Assembly (NCBI GenBank): GCA_020632035.1
Contig: JACKGG010000002.1
Span: 24,095 to 88,094, forward strand
Source of the DNA: Candidatus Nomurabacteria bacterium
Lineage (GTDB): Bacteria; Patescibacteriota; Minisyncoccia; Phycocordibacterales; UBA918
Direction of reading: 5' to 3'
DNA: 64,000 bases
Positions 26,981-35,752 of this stretch are shown piece after piece; within the stretch, counting starts at the first letter, position 1; every line of letters starts with the position of its first letter. The translations under genes and the position numbers were made by a program. The notes below the pieces were generated by a model. It searched no databases, had not been told where the DNA came from, and saw nothing but the letters and a program-made list of their open reading frames with translations.

Positions 26981-28016
26981 ATGCGACTAATCTCGTCTTC
27001 TCAAACGGCTTTCGCTTCCGTATGTATAAATTGTAGTATTTGGCCAGAGTCTTCTTTGTTTGAGTCGGAAGCTTGTCTACTTGCGCGCACTTCCAAGAAC
27101 AATAGCCGTCTTTCTTTTTCATACAAGAATCACAGCCAATAAAAAGAATATGACAAATTTGATTTTTGCAGTGGTGATGTGTGTCGCTCTTAGTTTCCTT
27201 GCAAAGATGACAGTTAGAAATGATTTCATCTCCCACTCTTTCACCTAATCTCTCATCAAACACGAAGTTTTTGCCCTTAAATTTGTTCTCCAACCCTTGT
27301 TGCTTTACCTGGTGAGCGTAGTCAATAATCCCTCCCTTTAGGTGTCGCACGTCTTCAAAGCCATTATGCTTAAGCCAGGCACTAGCTTTCTCACAACGAA
27401 TTCCGCCAGTACAGTACAAAGCAATTTTTTTATTCTTATGAATTTTAAGTAGTTCTGGAGTCTTTTTTAATTCATCACGGAAAGTAACTACATTCGGAGT
27501 AATAGCAGATTCAAAGTGACCAACTTCAGATTCATAGTTATTGCGCATATCTACCACCACTGCATCTGGATCTTCGATGTATTGGTTCATCTCCTTTGCA
27601 GTTAGATAAGCTCCGGTGTTGGTCACATCGAAAGAAGCATCATCAAGGCCGTCGGCGACGATTTTTTTACGAACTTTAATATTTAATTTGTAGAAAGATG
27701 GAATATCTGCTTCTTCAACGGCAATCTTGTATGGTATCCCGGCCAATTCCGGCTGAGATTGTACCCAAGCATCGAACTGATCCCAATACATTTTAGGAAC
27801 GTTCATTTGAGCATTAATACCTTCATTGGCAATATATATACGACCAAAGCAATCTAGCTCCGACCACTTATCAAGGAGTCGACGCCGAAAAGCTTCTGGG
27901 TCAGAAATCTTCACATAACGGTAGAAAGACAGCGTAGTTCGTGGCCTTTCATCCATAGCAGCTAGCCGGCGCTTTTCAGCACGACTAGTCGGATCTGTCC
28001 TTACAGCTAGATTCAT
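26979..28016 (-). CDS. trhO: Rhodanese-domain tRNA uridine(34) hydroxylase TrhO (YceA/UPF0176 family) with Cys-rich C-terminal extension
   Basis: …LSFYRYVKISDPEAFRRRLLDKWSELDCFGRIYIANEGINAQM… then rhodanese region (…IALYCTGGIRCEKASAWLK…). C-terminal CHLCKETKSDTHHHCKNQICHILFIGCDSCMKKKDGYCSWKC. Start may be the internal Met at 27956. Confidence 0.8.
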   Translation of the reverse strand: MNLAVRTDPTSRAEKRRLAAMDERPRTTLSFYRYVKISDPEAFRRRLLDKWSELDCFGRIYIANEGINAQMNVPKMYWDQFDAWVQSQPELAGIPYKIAVEEADIPSFYKLNIKVRKKIVADGLDDASFDVTNTGAYLTAKEMNQYIEDPDAVVVDMRNNYESEVGHFESAITPNVVTFRDELKKTPELLKIHKNKKIALYCTGGIRCEKASAWLKHNGFEDVRHLKGGIIDYAHQVKQQGLENKFKGKNFVFDERLGERVGDEIISNCHLCKETKSDTHHHCKNQICHILFIGCDSCMKKKDGYCSWKCAQVDKLPTQTKKTLAKYYNLYIRKRKPFEKTRLVA

Positions 28017-28134
28017 AGGTCAAAATCATACCTAATGCCCGGTTGCTTCGCAACCCGCCCACACCCAAAACCACCCAAACCAGCAAAATACTCAAAATCT
28101 GGCCTAAAATAACGCTCTTTTCTACCCTCTTTGC

Positions 28135-28163
28135 TTGACTTTTAGTGTAAAATATGCTATTAT
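28135..28163 (+). promoter_or_regulatory. Sigma-70-type promoter (TTGACT, 17-nt spacer, TATTAT, with extended -10 TG)
   Basis: ttgact at 28135-28140, 17-nt spacer, tgctattat; lies 80 bp upstream of the 28244 ORF. Confidence 0.55.
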
Positions 28164-28243
28164 GTAGGTAGGTGGATAGGTATTCCCTATCCAAAACAAA
28201 TCGCGACATCCGTCGCAGAGAACATTGACAGAGGAATACGAAC

Positions 28244-29185
28244 ATGGAATTTAATTTGAAGAATATTGGAAATGCAGTAACGCATGTGACGGGTGTTGCT
28301 TCCCACATTCACTCGGGCTTATCAATGATAGCACCCTTGTTTGGTAAAAAGGTCAATCCTCTTGACGAGGGTACGACTACCACCCCACCCGATCAGAAAA
28401 AAAAGGGTGGCTTGTTTAGCATCGATGATGAAGTTGGTTACGGTCAGCTCTTAACGGAGCTAGATCGTAAGTACGTCGGTTTCATAACCGGCTGTACAAA
28501 TGATCACTACTACGACTTCGCTCACCCGGAGCGTAGGGATGGTCTGAAAGGTCTTTTGCGAAGAGCCGAGGCTGAAAGAAAGTTCGATGGTTACAGAACA
28601 ATTGTAACCAATATGACCAAAAACGGTCTAAGAAAAGCTCAGCTCGAAGAGATTGTTAAAGCTGACATAACCAGGCGGGCAAAAATTCGCCTCTCAGATA
28701 CTGTGGCTAGCAACCCAAGACAAGGAAATCAAAACCGAGGTCGCAATCAACAACAGCGCCCCATCCTTGATAAAAGTACGACCACAACTACCAAGAAGTG
28801 GGATGAGTACACCAAGGAAAAACCCTATGCAAAGGCTTATCTCGAGGTGTTTGCAGAAACCATTAAGAGAGCTTATCTGGAGAATTTGACCGAGGAACAA
28901 ATTCAAAGGCTTTCTATCGATAAAGAAGCCAACATCGATAACCCCGAAGCACTGGCAATTGCCTATGAGGCGGGGGTCGACTTTCTTCGGGCGACCGGTA
29001 TCCCGGTCATGTCAGCGATGTCAGACGAACCTGGTTCGTTTGGTATAAACGAAATCGGAGCCACTGTTGGCCAGGGCCTGTCGGCAATCGACAGAGGCTT
29101 GGAAGCTACGTACGCTGAAAGGCGTGCCCAGCGAGAAGCCGAAAGTGGCAGGTTTATAAAATTTCTCGAAAAATTCTTGAAATAG
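28244..29185 (+). CDS. Hypothetical protein
   Basis: 313-aa ORF with a strong upstream promoter. The next gene starts 11 bp downstream with the RBS GGGAGA. No recognisable domains. Confidence 0.6.
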   Translation: MEFNLKNIGNAVTHVTGVASHIHSGLSMIAPLFGKKVNPLDEGTTTTPPDQKKKGGLFSIDDEVGYGQLLTELDRKYVGFITGCTNDHYYDFAHPERRDGLKGLLRRAEAERKFDGYRTIVTNMTKNGLRKAQLEEIVKADITRRAKIRLSDTVASNPRQGNQNRGRNQQQRPILDKSTTTTTKKWDEYTKEKPYAKAYLEVFAETIKRAYLENLTEEQIQRLSIDKEANIDNPEALAIAYEAGVDFLRATGIPVMSAMSDEPGSFGINEIGATVGQGLSAIDRGLEATYAERRAQREAESGRFIKFLEKFLK

Positions 29186-29195
29186 GGAGAACAAA

Positions 29196-30566
29196 ATGAA
29201 AGACGAAACAAAAAATACGTGGATGGAGGGTGTTACAGACACCCTGAAGAAAGTTGCTGTAGGGGCTGGCTTGTTAGCTTCGGTCGTAGACTGGGGTAAT
29301 AACGGACCACCTCTGCAGAGAGCCTGGCAGGAAGCAAACCAGACAACTACCAGAAACCTGGCAATTATCTGGAAAGGCCTTTTCCAAGCCATACTTGTCC
29401 TTGTTTTGGCTTTTGTCCTTACCTGCTTAAAGGTTTACACGGGACAGGATTGGACTATTTGGCTTAGTTTTGGCGTTGCCATACTTAGTACAACCCTGGT
29501 CATCATGACCTTTCTAGGCTCGCGCCTGGTGTTGGGTACGGCGGTACTGGGTACCCTAAGTGGGTGGCTACAAGATAAGGACAAGTCGATCAGTGTCTGG
29601 GGGGCTGAGGTAAAACTCTTCACCCTGGTCATGACACTTGCCGGACTATTCTTGGCTCCCCAATACTTTCTGGTGGCCTGGCCATTCGAAAACAATCTTG
29701 GGGCCTTCTGGTTAGTTTTTCTCGGAGCTATCCTTTTGTCATTTCTGACATTGACGATACCGAGCAAGCTGATCAAAGGATTGGCGTGGGTATTCATTCC
29801 TACGACAATGATTGCCGCTCTCTGGTCAACTCTCCCAGGGACGTACACCGGGGTCATGTTCAACAAGAACGGTGTTGCTAAGTATATGCAAGAACCGTCA
29901 GAGTTTGATCAAAACAGCCTCCCGGTGGTATACGTTCAGTACACTCCTAAAACTTGCCGCCCTGAAGACAAAAAACACTTCATGAAAGCGGTCAACGAAA
30001 AAGGAGAAGAGGTAAACGGGATGTTTCCTTACGCAACGGAAGGAACCTGCGCTTCTCCAAGGAGCGGAGTCAAGCTTATCCCAGTCACTCGGGCGACAGC
30101 TTTGGCATATCAACCATGGAGTAGAATACAGGCTTTCTTTGGTGGCTTTAAAACCACAATTGAAAGTCTGGACGAAGTGCTTAAAGTGGCCGAGGAGCAG
30201 CCGCAACGGCCTTCCTACGACTACAACTCACCGGCGATCATGCCGGACCAACCGGTCGCAGCCAGTCTGAAACCGGCAAGGGCCGAACCAGTGGCACAGC
30301 AGTGCCCTGGTCCGGATTCGATCCAGCTTGAAATCTGCAACGGAGATCAAGTTTGGTCTGATCCAGTCGTCGTCCAAGTGGGCTGTGGAGTTATTGGGGT
30401 CTACAACCTGGACCTGGTCCGATACCAGGGCCTAGTTAATGGGGAGTGGATCGAATTCACCACCCCAACCAGTACAAAAGGTAAAAAAATAAGCGCACTA
30501 AAGTGGTGCGCAAGAAATTCCTTTGTTGCTGAGCGAGAAATGCCGCTCTTGCGCAAAGTGATATAA
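29196..30566 (+). CDS. Hypothetical polytopic membrane protein (about 6 TM) with C-terminal Cys-containing extracytoplasmic domain
   Basis: 456 aa. The N-terminal 230 aa are mostly hydrophobic helices; the C-terminal 220 aa are soluble with 6 Cys. Forms an operon with the upstream ORF; adjacent to the pilin-like cluster. Confidence 0.6.
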   Translation: MKDETKNTWMEGVTDTLKKVAVGAGLLASVVDWGNNGPPLQRAWQEANQTTTRNLAIIWKGLFQAILVLVLAFVLTCLKVYTGQDWTIWLSFGVAILSTTLVIMTFLGSRLVLGTAVLGTLSGWLQDKDKSISVWGAEVKLFTLVMTLAGLFLAPQYFLVAWPFENNLGAFWLVFLGAILLSFLTLTIPSKLIKGLAWVFIPTTMIAALWSTLPGTYTGVMFNKNGVAKYMQEPSEFDQNSLPVVYVQYTPKTCRPEDKKHFMKAVNEKGEEVNGMFPYATEGTCASPRSGVKLIPVTRATALAYQPWSRIQAFFGGFKTTIESLDEVLKVAEEQPQRPSYDYNSPAIMPDQPVAASLKPARAEPVAQQCPGPDSIQLEICNGDQVWSDPVVVQVGCGVIGVYNLDLVRYQGLVNGEWIEFTTPTSTKGKKISALKWCARNSFVAEREMPLLRKVI

Positions 30567-30641
30567 GCCCTACGGGGCGCCAAACGGGTAAGCACCTAGT
30601 GCTGCCCGTTTTTTTATATCTTATAAAAATATTTGTTTAAT

Positions 30642-31181
30642 CTAGTTTGTCACTGGAGGTTCAATACTTCTATCAACGGGACCTGGGTTTCCTCCTCCGG
30701 TGCCAGGACCAGGATTACTTCCTCCAGTGCCGGGGCCTGGATTACTTCCTCCAGTACCTGGACCAGGGTTTTCACCTCCTGTGCCGGGACCGGGGTTTTC
30801 ACCTCCTGTGCCGGGACCGGGGTTTTCACCACCGGGGATACTCGTATCAGGTAATACAAAAGCATCTCCACAGTCTGGTCCGCTTGGGTTATTGGCACAA
30901 TCTAGTTGTTTATCAAGACCAAAAGTAGAAGTAGCAATACTCAATATAGCAAAAGCTGAAAGCATCACCACTAGGCCAATTATCCCAAAAGTGATATGCT
31001 TTACTCCCTGCCCCCTCGCTGTTTCGTTGGCAGAATTAACAAAGTATTCTACACAACCCCAAACAAAAACAAGAAAAGCTACCGCACTAAGAAGAGCGAT
31101 AGTAGGAAACAATATAATGTCATTAAATTTATCTACAAATTTAGCAGCTTCTTCGGTCGCTTGTTGTTGAGGTGTTGCCAT
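30642..31181 (-). CDS. Two-helix pilin-like membrane protein (VirB2/TrbC-like topology) with C-terminal (GENPGPGTG)x6 repeat tail
   Basis: Two hydrophobic helices (ILFPTIALLSAVAFLVFVWG…/…TFGIIGLVVMLSAFAILSIA) separated by a short polar loop, then six nine-residue Gly/Pro repeats. Confidence 0.7.
   Translation of the reverse strand: MATPQQQATEEAAKFVDKFNDIILFPTIALLSAVAFLVFVWGCVEYFVNSANETARGQGVKHITFGIIGLVVMLSAFAILSIATSTFGLDKQLDCANNPSGPDCGDAFVLPDTSIPGGENPGPGTGGENPGPGTGGENPGPGTGGSNPGPGTGGSNPGPGTGGGNPGPVDRSIEPPVTN
30683..30843 (-). repeat. In-frame 27-bp tandem repeat (6 copies) encoding GENPGPGTG
   Basis: cctcctccggtgccaggaccaggattactt… and related units repeated head-to-tail; the track protein shows GENPGPGTGG x3 then GSNPGPGTGG x2 and GGNPGP. 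Confidence 0.85.
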
Positions 31182-31321
31182 AGATAAATATTAGCATACC
31201 CAACTAATGACAAAACTGTTTATCCAATAATTTTCTAAACAAAAACCACCCGCAGGTGGTATTGTTTTGTTTTACGCGTAGTACTTCTGATCAAAGTGAA
31301 AATCTTCAATGAAATACTATT

Positions 31322-31738
31322 TTAAGAACTTGGAGGAGGTATAGTGACCCCTTTAACATCTGTATCACTAACAGCGGTTCCTTTGTCGAGACCGGTGCTT
31401 GATGAGAGTAAGTTGATTACTCCCCAGAAAACGATAATGATTACAAAACCTAGCGTTGCGTAGATCATTAAGCTTTTTCCTTTTTCTTTTGCTTCATCGT
31501 TGGCTCCACCAAAAATGAAGTAGCGGAACATACCCCAGACAAAGAACAGGAAGGCAATCCCAATAATAAACGGAATAAGTATTGTGTTTGCAAAGGTTAG
31601 TAGATCTTCAAGTAATTTACCAAAACCTCCACCGGTACCGTCATCTGCTAAACCAGCGGCTGAAACCAGAAATGGCAAGGCAAGCATTGAAAAGCTTAGT
31701 GCTATCAGTAAGTTTTTCTTTATAGTTGAGACTATCAT
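31322..31738 (-). CDS. Secreted two-helix pilin-like protein (VirB2/TrbC-like topology), paralog 1
   Basis: Signal peptide, then …NTILIPFIIGIAFLFFVWGMFRYFIFGGANDEAKEKGKSLMIYATLGFVIIIVFWGVINLLSSSTGL…. Confidence 0.7.
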   Translation of the reverse strand: MIVSTIKKNLLIALSFSMLALPFLVSAAGLADDGTGGGFGKLLEDLLTFANTILIPFIIGIAFLFFVWGMFRYFIFGGANDEAKEKGKSLMIYATLGFVIIIVFWGVINLLSSSTGLDKGTAVSDTDVKGVTIPPPSS

Positions 31739-31760
31739 GTATATAAGAATTAATTGATAA

Positions 31761-32153
31761 TTAAGTGCTTGGTGCTACTGGTATATCAGCATTAATTTTA
31801 GGAATATTTTGCACCTCTTTACCACCAAGGCCTGTACTTGATGAAAGCAAGTTGATTACTCCCCAGAAGACAATTATAAGCACAAAACCTAGGGTAGCCC
31901 AGATCATTAAGCTTTTTCCTTTTTCTTTTGCTTCGTCGTTGGCCCCACCAGCAATAAAGTAGCGGAACATACCCCAGACGAACACCAAGAAACCAATACC
32001 AATAATAAATGGAATAATGACAGTATTGGTGAATTCTAAAATATTCCCCAGTAGAGTTCCAAACTTTCCGCCATTTGGATTAAATTCAGCCAAGGCCAGC
32101 ATAGGCATGACAGACAATATTGCTCCACTAGTGAGAAAACTTATTTTTTTCAT
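31761..32153 (-). CDS. Secreted two-helix pilin-like protein, paralog 2
   Basis: …NTVIIPFIIGIGFLVFVWGMFRYFIAGGANDEAKEKGKSLMIWATLGFVLIIVFWGVINLLSSSTGL…; about 75% identical to paralog 1. Confidence 0.7.
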   Translation of the reverse strand: MKKISFLTSGAILSVMPMLALAEFNPNGGKFGTLLGNILEFTNTVIIPFIIGIGFLVFVWGMFRYFIAGGANDEAKEKGKSLMIWATLGFVLIIVFWGVINLLSSSTGLGGKEVQNIPKINADIPVAPST

Positions 32154-32241
32154 ATGTTTTATAAATAAACTGATAACGTTGTAACGTTTACCTTATTATA
32201 TGACACTAGTTAGTATGTCTAGTGAGTTATTCACCTCCTGC

Positions 32242-32619
32242 TTATGGAACGATAACTGAAGGAATATTCTGGATTGACTCTCCCTCAAGTCCAGTACTGC
32301 TAGTTAATAGGTTGATTACACCAAAGAAAATGATGATCACCACAAAACCAATAACAGCATGGATCATTAAACTTCTTCCTTTTACTTTTTTCTCGTCATC
32401 GGCTCCACCCATTATGAAATATAGAAACATTCCCCAAACAAAGAATAGGAAACCAATACCAATAATAAACGGTATGAGGACGTCATTTATGAACTGCATC
32501 AAGTTAATCAGAAGATCTTCAAACCCACCACCATTTGATGAATCAGCAATTTGTGCTGAAGAAACAAAAGGTAGAAGTAATACTGAACTAACTGGAATTG
32601 TGGCTAAAATCTTTTTCAT
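32242..32619 (-). CDS. Secreted two-helix pilin-like protein, paralog 3
   Basis: …NDVLIPFIIGIGFLFFVWGMFLYFIMGGADDEKKVKGRSLMIHAVIGFVVIIIFFGVINLLTSSTGL…. Confidence 0.7.
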   Translation of the reverse strand: MKKILATIPVSSVLLLPFVSSAQIADSSNGGGFEDLLINLMQFINDVLIPFIIGIGFLFFVWGMFLYFIMGGADDEKKVKGRSLMIHAVIGFVVIIIFFGVINLLTSSTGLEGESIQNIPSVIVP

Positions 32620-32700
32620 AAATTAATATTATTTAATTGCTTAAAATTATACCCGGATAAACTAAAATGTAAAGGGTCTTCTGTGGTCACTAAGCCTAGC

Positions 32701-32949
32701 CTAGCCGAACAAAGTTGACTTTATCATGGCTACAATCCCCCAAGCACTTATCATTACCACAAACGCTATAACGGCAGATACTGCGTAACTCTTGCCCTCT
32801 TCTACTTTTTTTCCGTCTCCGGCATGAATGATCCAGGAATCAATCATCTTCCAAACAAAATACACGAACATAGCCGCAAATATAGTTGGTATGATTATGT
32901 TTATGAGGCCGATTATTAAACCTACTAGTTCTTTGTAATCTGTTGGCAT
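32701..32949 (-). CDS. Small two-helix membrane protein, divergent pilin-like paralog
   Basis: 82 aa with two hydrophobic helices flanking GDGKKVEEGKS; same architecture, lower similarity. Confidence 0.55.
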   Translation of the reverse strand: MPTDYKELVGLIIGLINIIIPTIFAAMFVYFVWKMIDSWIIHAGDGKKVEEGKSYAVSAVIAFVVMISAWGIVAMIKSTLFG

Positions 32950-32975
32950 GATAATTTGATTAAAGGTTGTAAGTA

Positions 32976-33239
32976 TTAAAAAGCATTTACTACGTTTTGC
33001 ACAATCTGGGTAATGGCTACTGCACCAATCAGTATCACTCCACCGATTACTCCATATAAGAGTGCTTGAGAAGCCACCTTTATTTTCTCTGGATTACCAC
33101 GGGCCGTCACATACAAGAAGCCAGCGTATATAAGATAAAATATTACAATCGGCGTTGCCATTATTATAACCACATTCAAAACAGCGACCAGCAACTCTGA
33201 TATGTTCGGAAATTTTAATGGGTTATCGAAATTTTCCAT
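32976..33239 (-). CDS. Small two-helix membrane protein, pilin-like paralog (subfamily B)
   Basis: …VVIIMATPIVIFYLIYAGFLYVTARGNPEKIKVASQALLYGVIGGVILIGAVAITQIV…; nearly identical motif to the C-terminus of the 33254-33793 protein. Confidence 0.65.
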   Translation of the reverse strand: MENFDNPLKFPNISELLVAVLNVVIIMATPIVIFYLIYAGFLYVTARGNPEKIKVASQALLYGVIGGVILIGAVAITQIVQNVVNAF

Positions 33240-33253
33240 ATTAAATATATTTT

Positions 33254-33793
33254 CTAAGCCCGGAAAGCATTTATTATATTTGATAGTATTTCCGACAGGG
33301 CGACAGAGCCTAGTAAAATCACACCTCCAATAATGGCATACGTGAGTGCGGTAGTCGCTTCTTGTATTTTGGTTGGGTTTCCTCTGGCAGTTACGTAGAG
33401 GAAACCAGCATAAATAATATACAAAACAATGATCGGCGTAGCGATTACGATGAATATACTAAGCAGTGCTGACAATAAACCTTCTATTGAAGTGATACTC
33501 TCACTTAAAGGGCTTTTTACAGTGTATTTTATTCCAGTAGTCTCAACGCTAGTTGATTTTGTTCCTGGTTCAGGTTCAAGTTCTTCACCCCAACAATCAC
33601 AGTCAAAAAATCCATCTTCTGCAGGACTTGGGTTACATCTTGGAAGATTTGGTGGTTCACAAGAGCATACGTTACCGGGCTGGAGACCGTTACATGGTTC
33701 TTGAGCGATTGAAACTTGTGCGACACTGAAAAGTGTCAGGATAAACAGAAAAATGCTTACACTGATCACTGTTTTGTTTATACTGTATTTCAT
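33254..33793 (-). CDS. Secreted Cys-rich protein fused to C-terminal two-helix pilin-like domain (subfamily B)
   Basis: Signal peptide; Cys-rich segment CNGLQPGNVCSCEPPNLPRCNPSPAEDGFFDCDCWGEE; then …FIVIATPIIVLYIIYAGFLYVTARGNPTKIQEATTALTYAIIGGVILLGSVAL…. Confidence 0.7.
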   Translation of the reverse strand: MKYSINKTVISVSIFLFILTLFSVAQVSIAQEPCNGLQPGNVCSCEPPNLPRCNPSPAEDGFFDCDCWGEELEPEPGTKSTSVETTGIKYTVKSPLSESITSIEGLLSALLSIFIVIATPIIVLYIIYAGFLYVTARGNPTKIQEATTALTYAIIGGVILLGSVALSEILSNIINAFRA

Positions 33794-33799
33794 ATTTTA

Positions 33800-35107
33800 T
33801 TAATATTCATTACCCAGCCTTGAGGCTGCGTCTGACACGGCACCGTCGAGATCACGCCGGTTTTCATTAATATCTTGCGTCATTGTGGCTAAGATTTGAT
33901 TAGAAGCAGACAATTCTGGGTTGAGCCAACCTAGCGCAATAGACGCCGATTTATAGGCCACCCTGCCGTAAAGATTGTTACTACCTAGTGCAACCGTGCT
34001 TCGGTATGCTGGCACCATATTGCTTTCAACCGCAATTCTATTGGCAATAGTTGCCCCAGCAAAGTTGGTCATGACTGAGCCGGCACCAACTTTGTTATCT
34101 GATGATTTGAGCAATGAAATAGCATAGAACTTTCCGTAAGTACGCCTGATGGTGGCTTCGGCTCCTTGTGGAACTTCTGCAATATCAAAGTTAAGATTAG
34201 GATTCAGCTTTTCTATCTGAGCACCCTCACTTCCATAGCCAAAGTAAGTAGTTAATCTTTCGGCAACGAACTCAGAGCGGTCATCTTTAAAGGATCTGTT
34301 CCAGGAATAAAGAGAATTACTTGGTCTGCTAAATCTAGTATAGAAATCGGCCGCAGCTCGAAGGGGGTCACTACTCCCATTTTCAGATAGACGCAATTTT
34401 ACCTGGTACTTATCACTTCCATCTAGGAGAACTGCTTGGGAGCCACCCTGGAAAAGTAAGGCTGAAATTATTCCAAAAGCATTGCGAACATTGTTGTACT
34501 CACCCATAGCTACCACCGCTTGCCTGATCGTTCTATCTGAGTCACGTTTAATTAATTCCGGAAAGATAGAATTTACCAAATCTTCCCAAGTGGCCGGCGC
34601 TGATAAGAATCCGGAGTTGGTGAAAATATTTTTGTTCCAATACATCATTAGAGGGTCAACCGCAATCGGGTAACCATACAAACCATCATTAAGAGCAAAA
34701 ATCTGAGCTCCGTCTATATAGGCGTCTTTAATATTCCTGAGCGGAAAGAATTCGAAAGAAATTGGTTGGATTCTCTTTCGAGTCTCGACCAATTTTTCAT
34801 GAGACACCAAAACCAAGTCCGGACCAGTCCCGTCAGCCAGTGCATTAACTAATCTTTCATCAAATTGAGTTGGCGAGTAATAACGATATGATACATTGTT
34901 GTATGACTCATCAATCTCGCTGAGTTCTCTAATTATTTTATTGATCGGGTCTGCCGGCAAGGTGCCCCAAATGGTCACGCTACCAACCACTGCTTGTGGC
35001 TCATCTGAACCAGAACCACCATCAAAAGTAGACAAGATTACTAAGGCCGTAAGCCCTAATCCGACAAAGATAATCACCAAGGCTAATTCAAACGGTCGGA
35101 GTTTCAT
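33800..35107 (-). CDS. Membrane-anchored extracellular solute-binding-protein-like protein (SBP family 1 fold)
   Basis: N-terminal TM anchor, then motifs typical of sugar-type SBPs (VTIWGTLP…, PDLVLVSHEKLVE, YGYPIAVDPLMMYWNKNIF). No cognate permease or ATPase adjacent. Confidence 0.55.
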   Translation of the reverse strand: MKLRPFELALVIIFVGLGLTALVILSTFDGGSGSDEPQAVVGSVTIWGTLPADPINKIIRELSEIDESYNNVSYRYYSPTQFDERLVNALADGTGPDLVLVSHEKLVETRKRIQPISFEFFPLRNIKDAYIDGAQIFALNDGLYGYPIAVDPLMMYWNKNIFTNSGFLSAPATWEDLVNSIFPELIKRDSDRTIRQAVVAMGEYNNVRNAFGIISALLFQGGSQAVLLDGSDKYQVKLRLSENGSSDPLRAAADFYTRFSRPSNSLYSWNRSFKDDRSEFVAERLTTYFGYGSEGAQIEKLNPNLNFDIAEVPQGAEATIRRTYGKFYAISLLKSSDNKVGAGSVMTNFAGATIANRIAVESNMVPAYRSTVALGSNNLYGRVAYKSASIALGWLNPELSASNQILATMTQDINENRRDLDGAVSDAASRLGNEY

Positions 35108-35652
35108 AATTTACGAAAAGCTAACCCGTAATGGTGGCCACCAGCCGGATACTCGCGCTCGAAGACAAAACCATTGGATTCAAATATTGCAGTAGACTCC
35201 TCTGCAGTCACAACGTGGTCTGGTGCTGGGCCCATGCCCGCAAAAGACTCTGTCCAATCGATGACAAAGAACTTACCCCCGGCACGAACGGTACGACCCA
35301 TCTCTGCTACTGCGGCATTTTTATCTTCCATCATGAAAAAAGTATTGACTAAGACACCAGCGTCGAGCTCGCCAGTTGGTATCTTTATGCCGTTTGGCTC
35401 CTCTAAGTCACACCATAGAGGGTGTATGTTAGATAGTTTTTGCAACCGAGCCTGGTCTCCCAGCCTCTCCACTAAAGCCTTTTGGATTTCGCAAGCAAAA
35501 ACTCGACCGGTCTCGCCAACTGTTTGCGACAGAGCTGGTAAGAAAAAACCGCTACCGGCACCAAAATCTGCCACCATGTCACCTTCTCGTAAGTGGAATT
35601 GTGTCACCACGACGTCTGGTATAACAAAGGTTCCGCCGACTGAAATATTCAT
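35104..35652 (-). CDS. Class I SAM-dependent methyltransferase
   Basis: Motif I DFGAGSGFF and post-I acidic residue (…RVFACEIQ…). Overlaps the downstream gene by 4 bp (translational coupling). Confidence 0.7.
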   Translation of the reverse strand: MNISVGGTFVIPDVVVTQFHLREGDMVADFGAGSGFFLPALSQTVGETGRVFACEIQKALVERLGDQARLQKLSNIHPLWCDLEEPNGIKIPTGELDAGVLVNTFFMMEDKNAAVAEMGRTVRAGGKFFVIDWTESFAGMGPAPDHVVTAEESTAIFESNGFVFEREYPAGGHHYGLAFRKL

Positions 35653-35752
35653 ACAATATATTATACACGGCTACTTGGCTCAAAATGGTGAGTGTGTGAA
35701 AAGAGACGCCGGACCCAATGATCCGGCGTCTCAATCACCCCTCATTTACACT

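Noticed and set aside
14161-26982. tRNA 3'-end duplicates as classical prophage or genomic-island att sites
   Set aside because: Not fully rejected, but there is no integrase or cargo. The units are only 130-155 bp, are tandemly arrayed, and contain internal segments complementary to the tRNA T-loop and stems with compensatory changes. Simple att scars do not predict those features.
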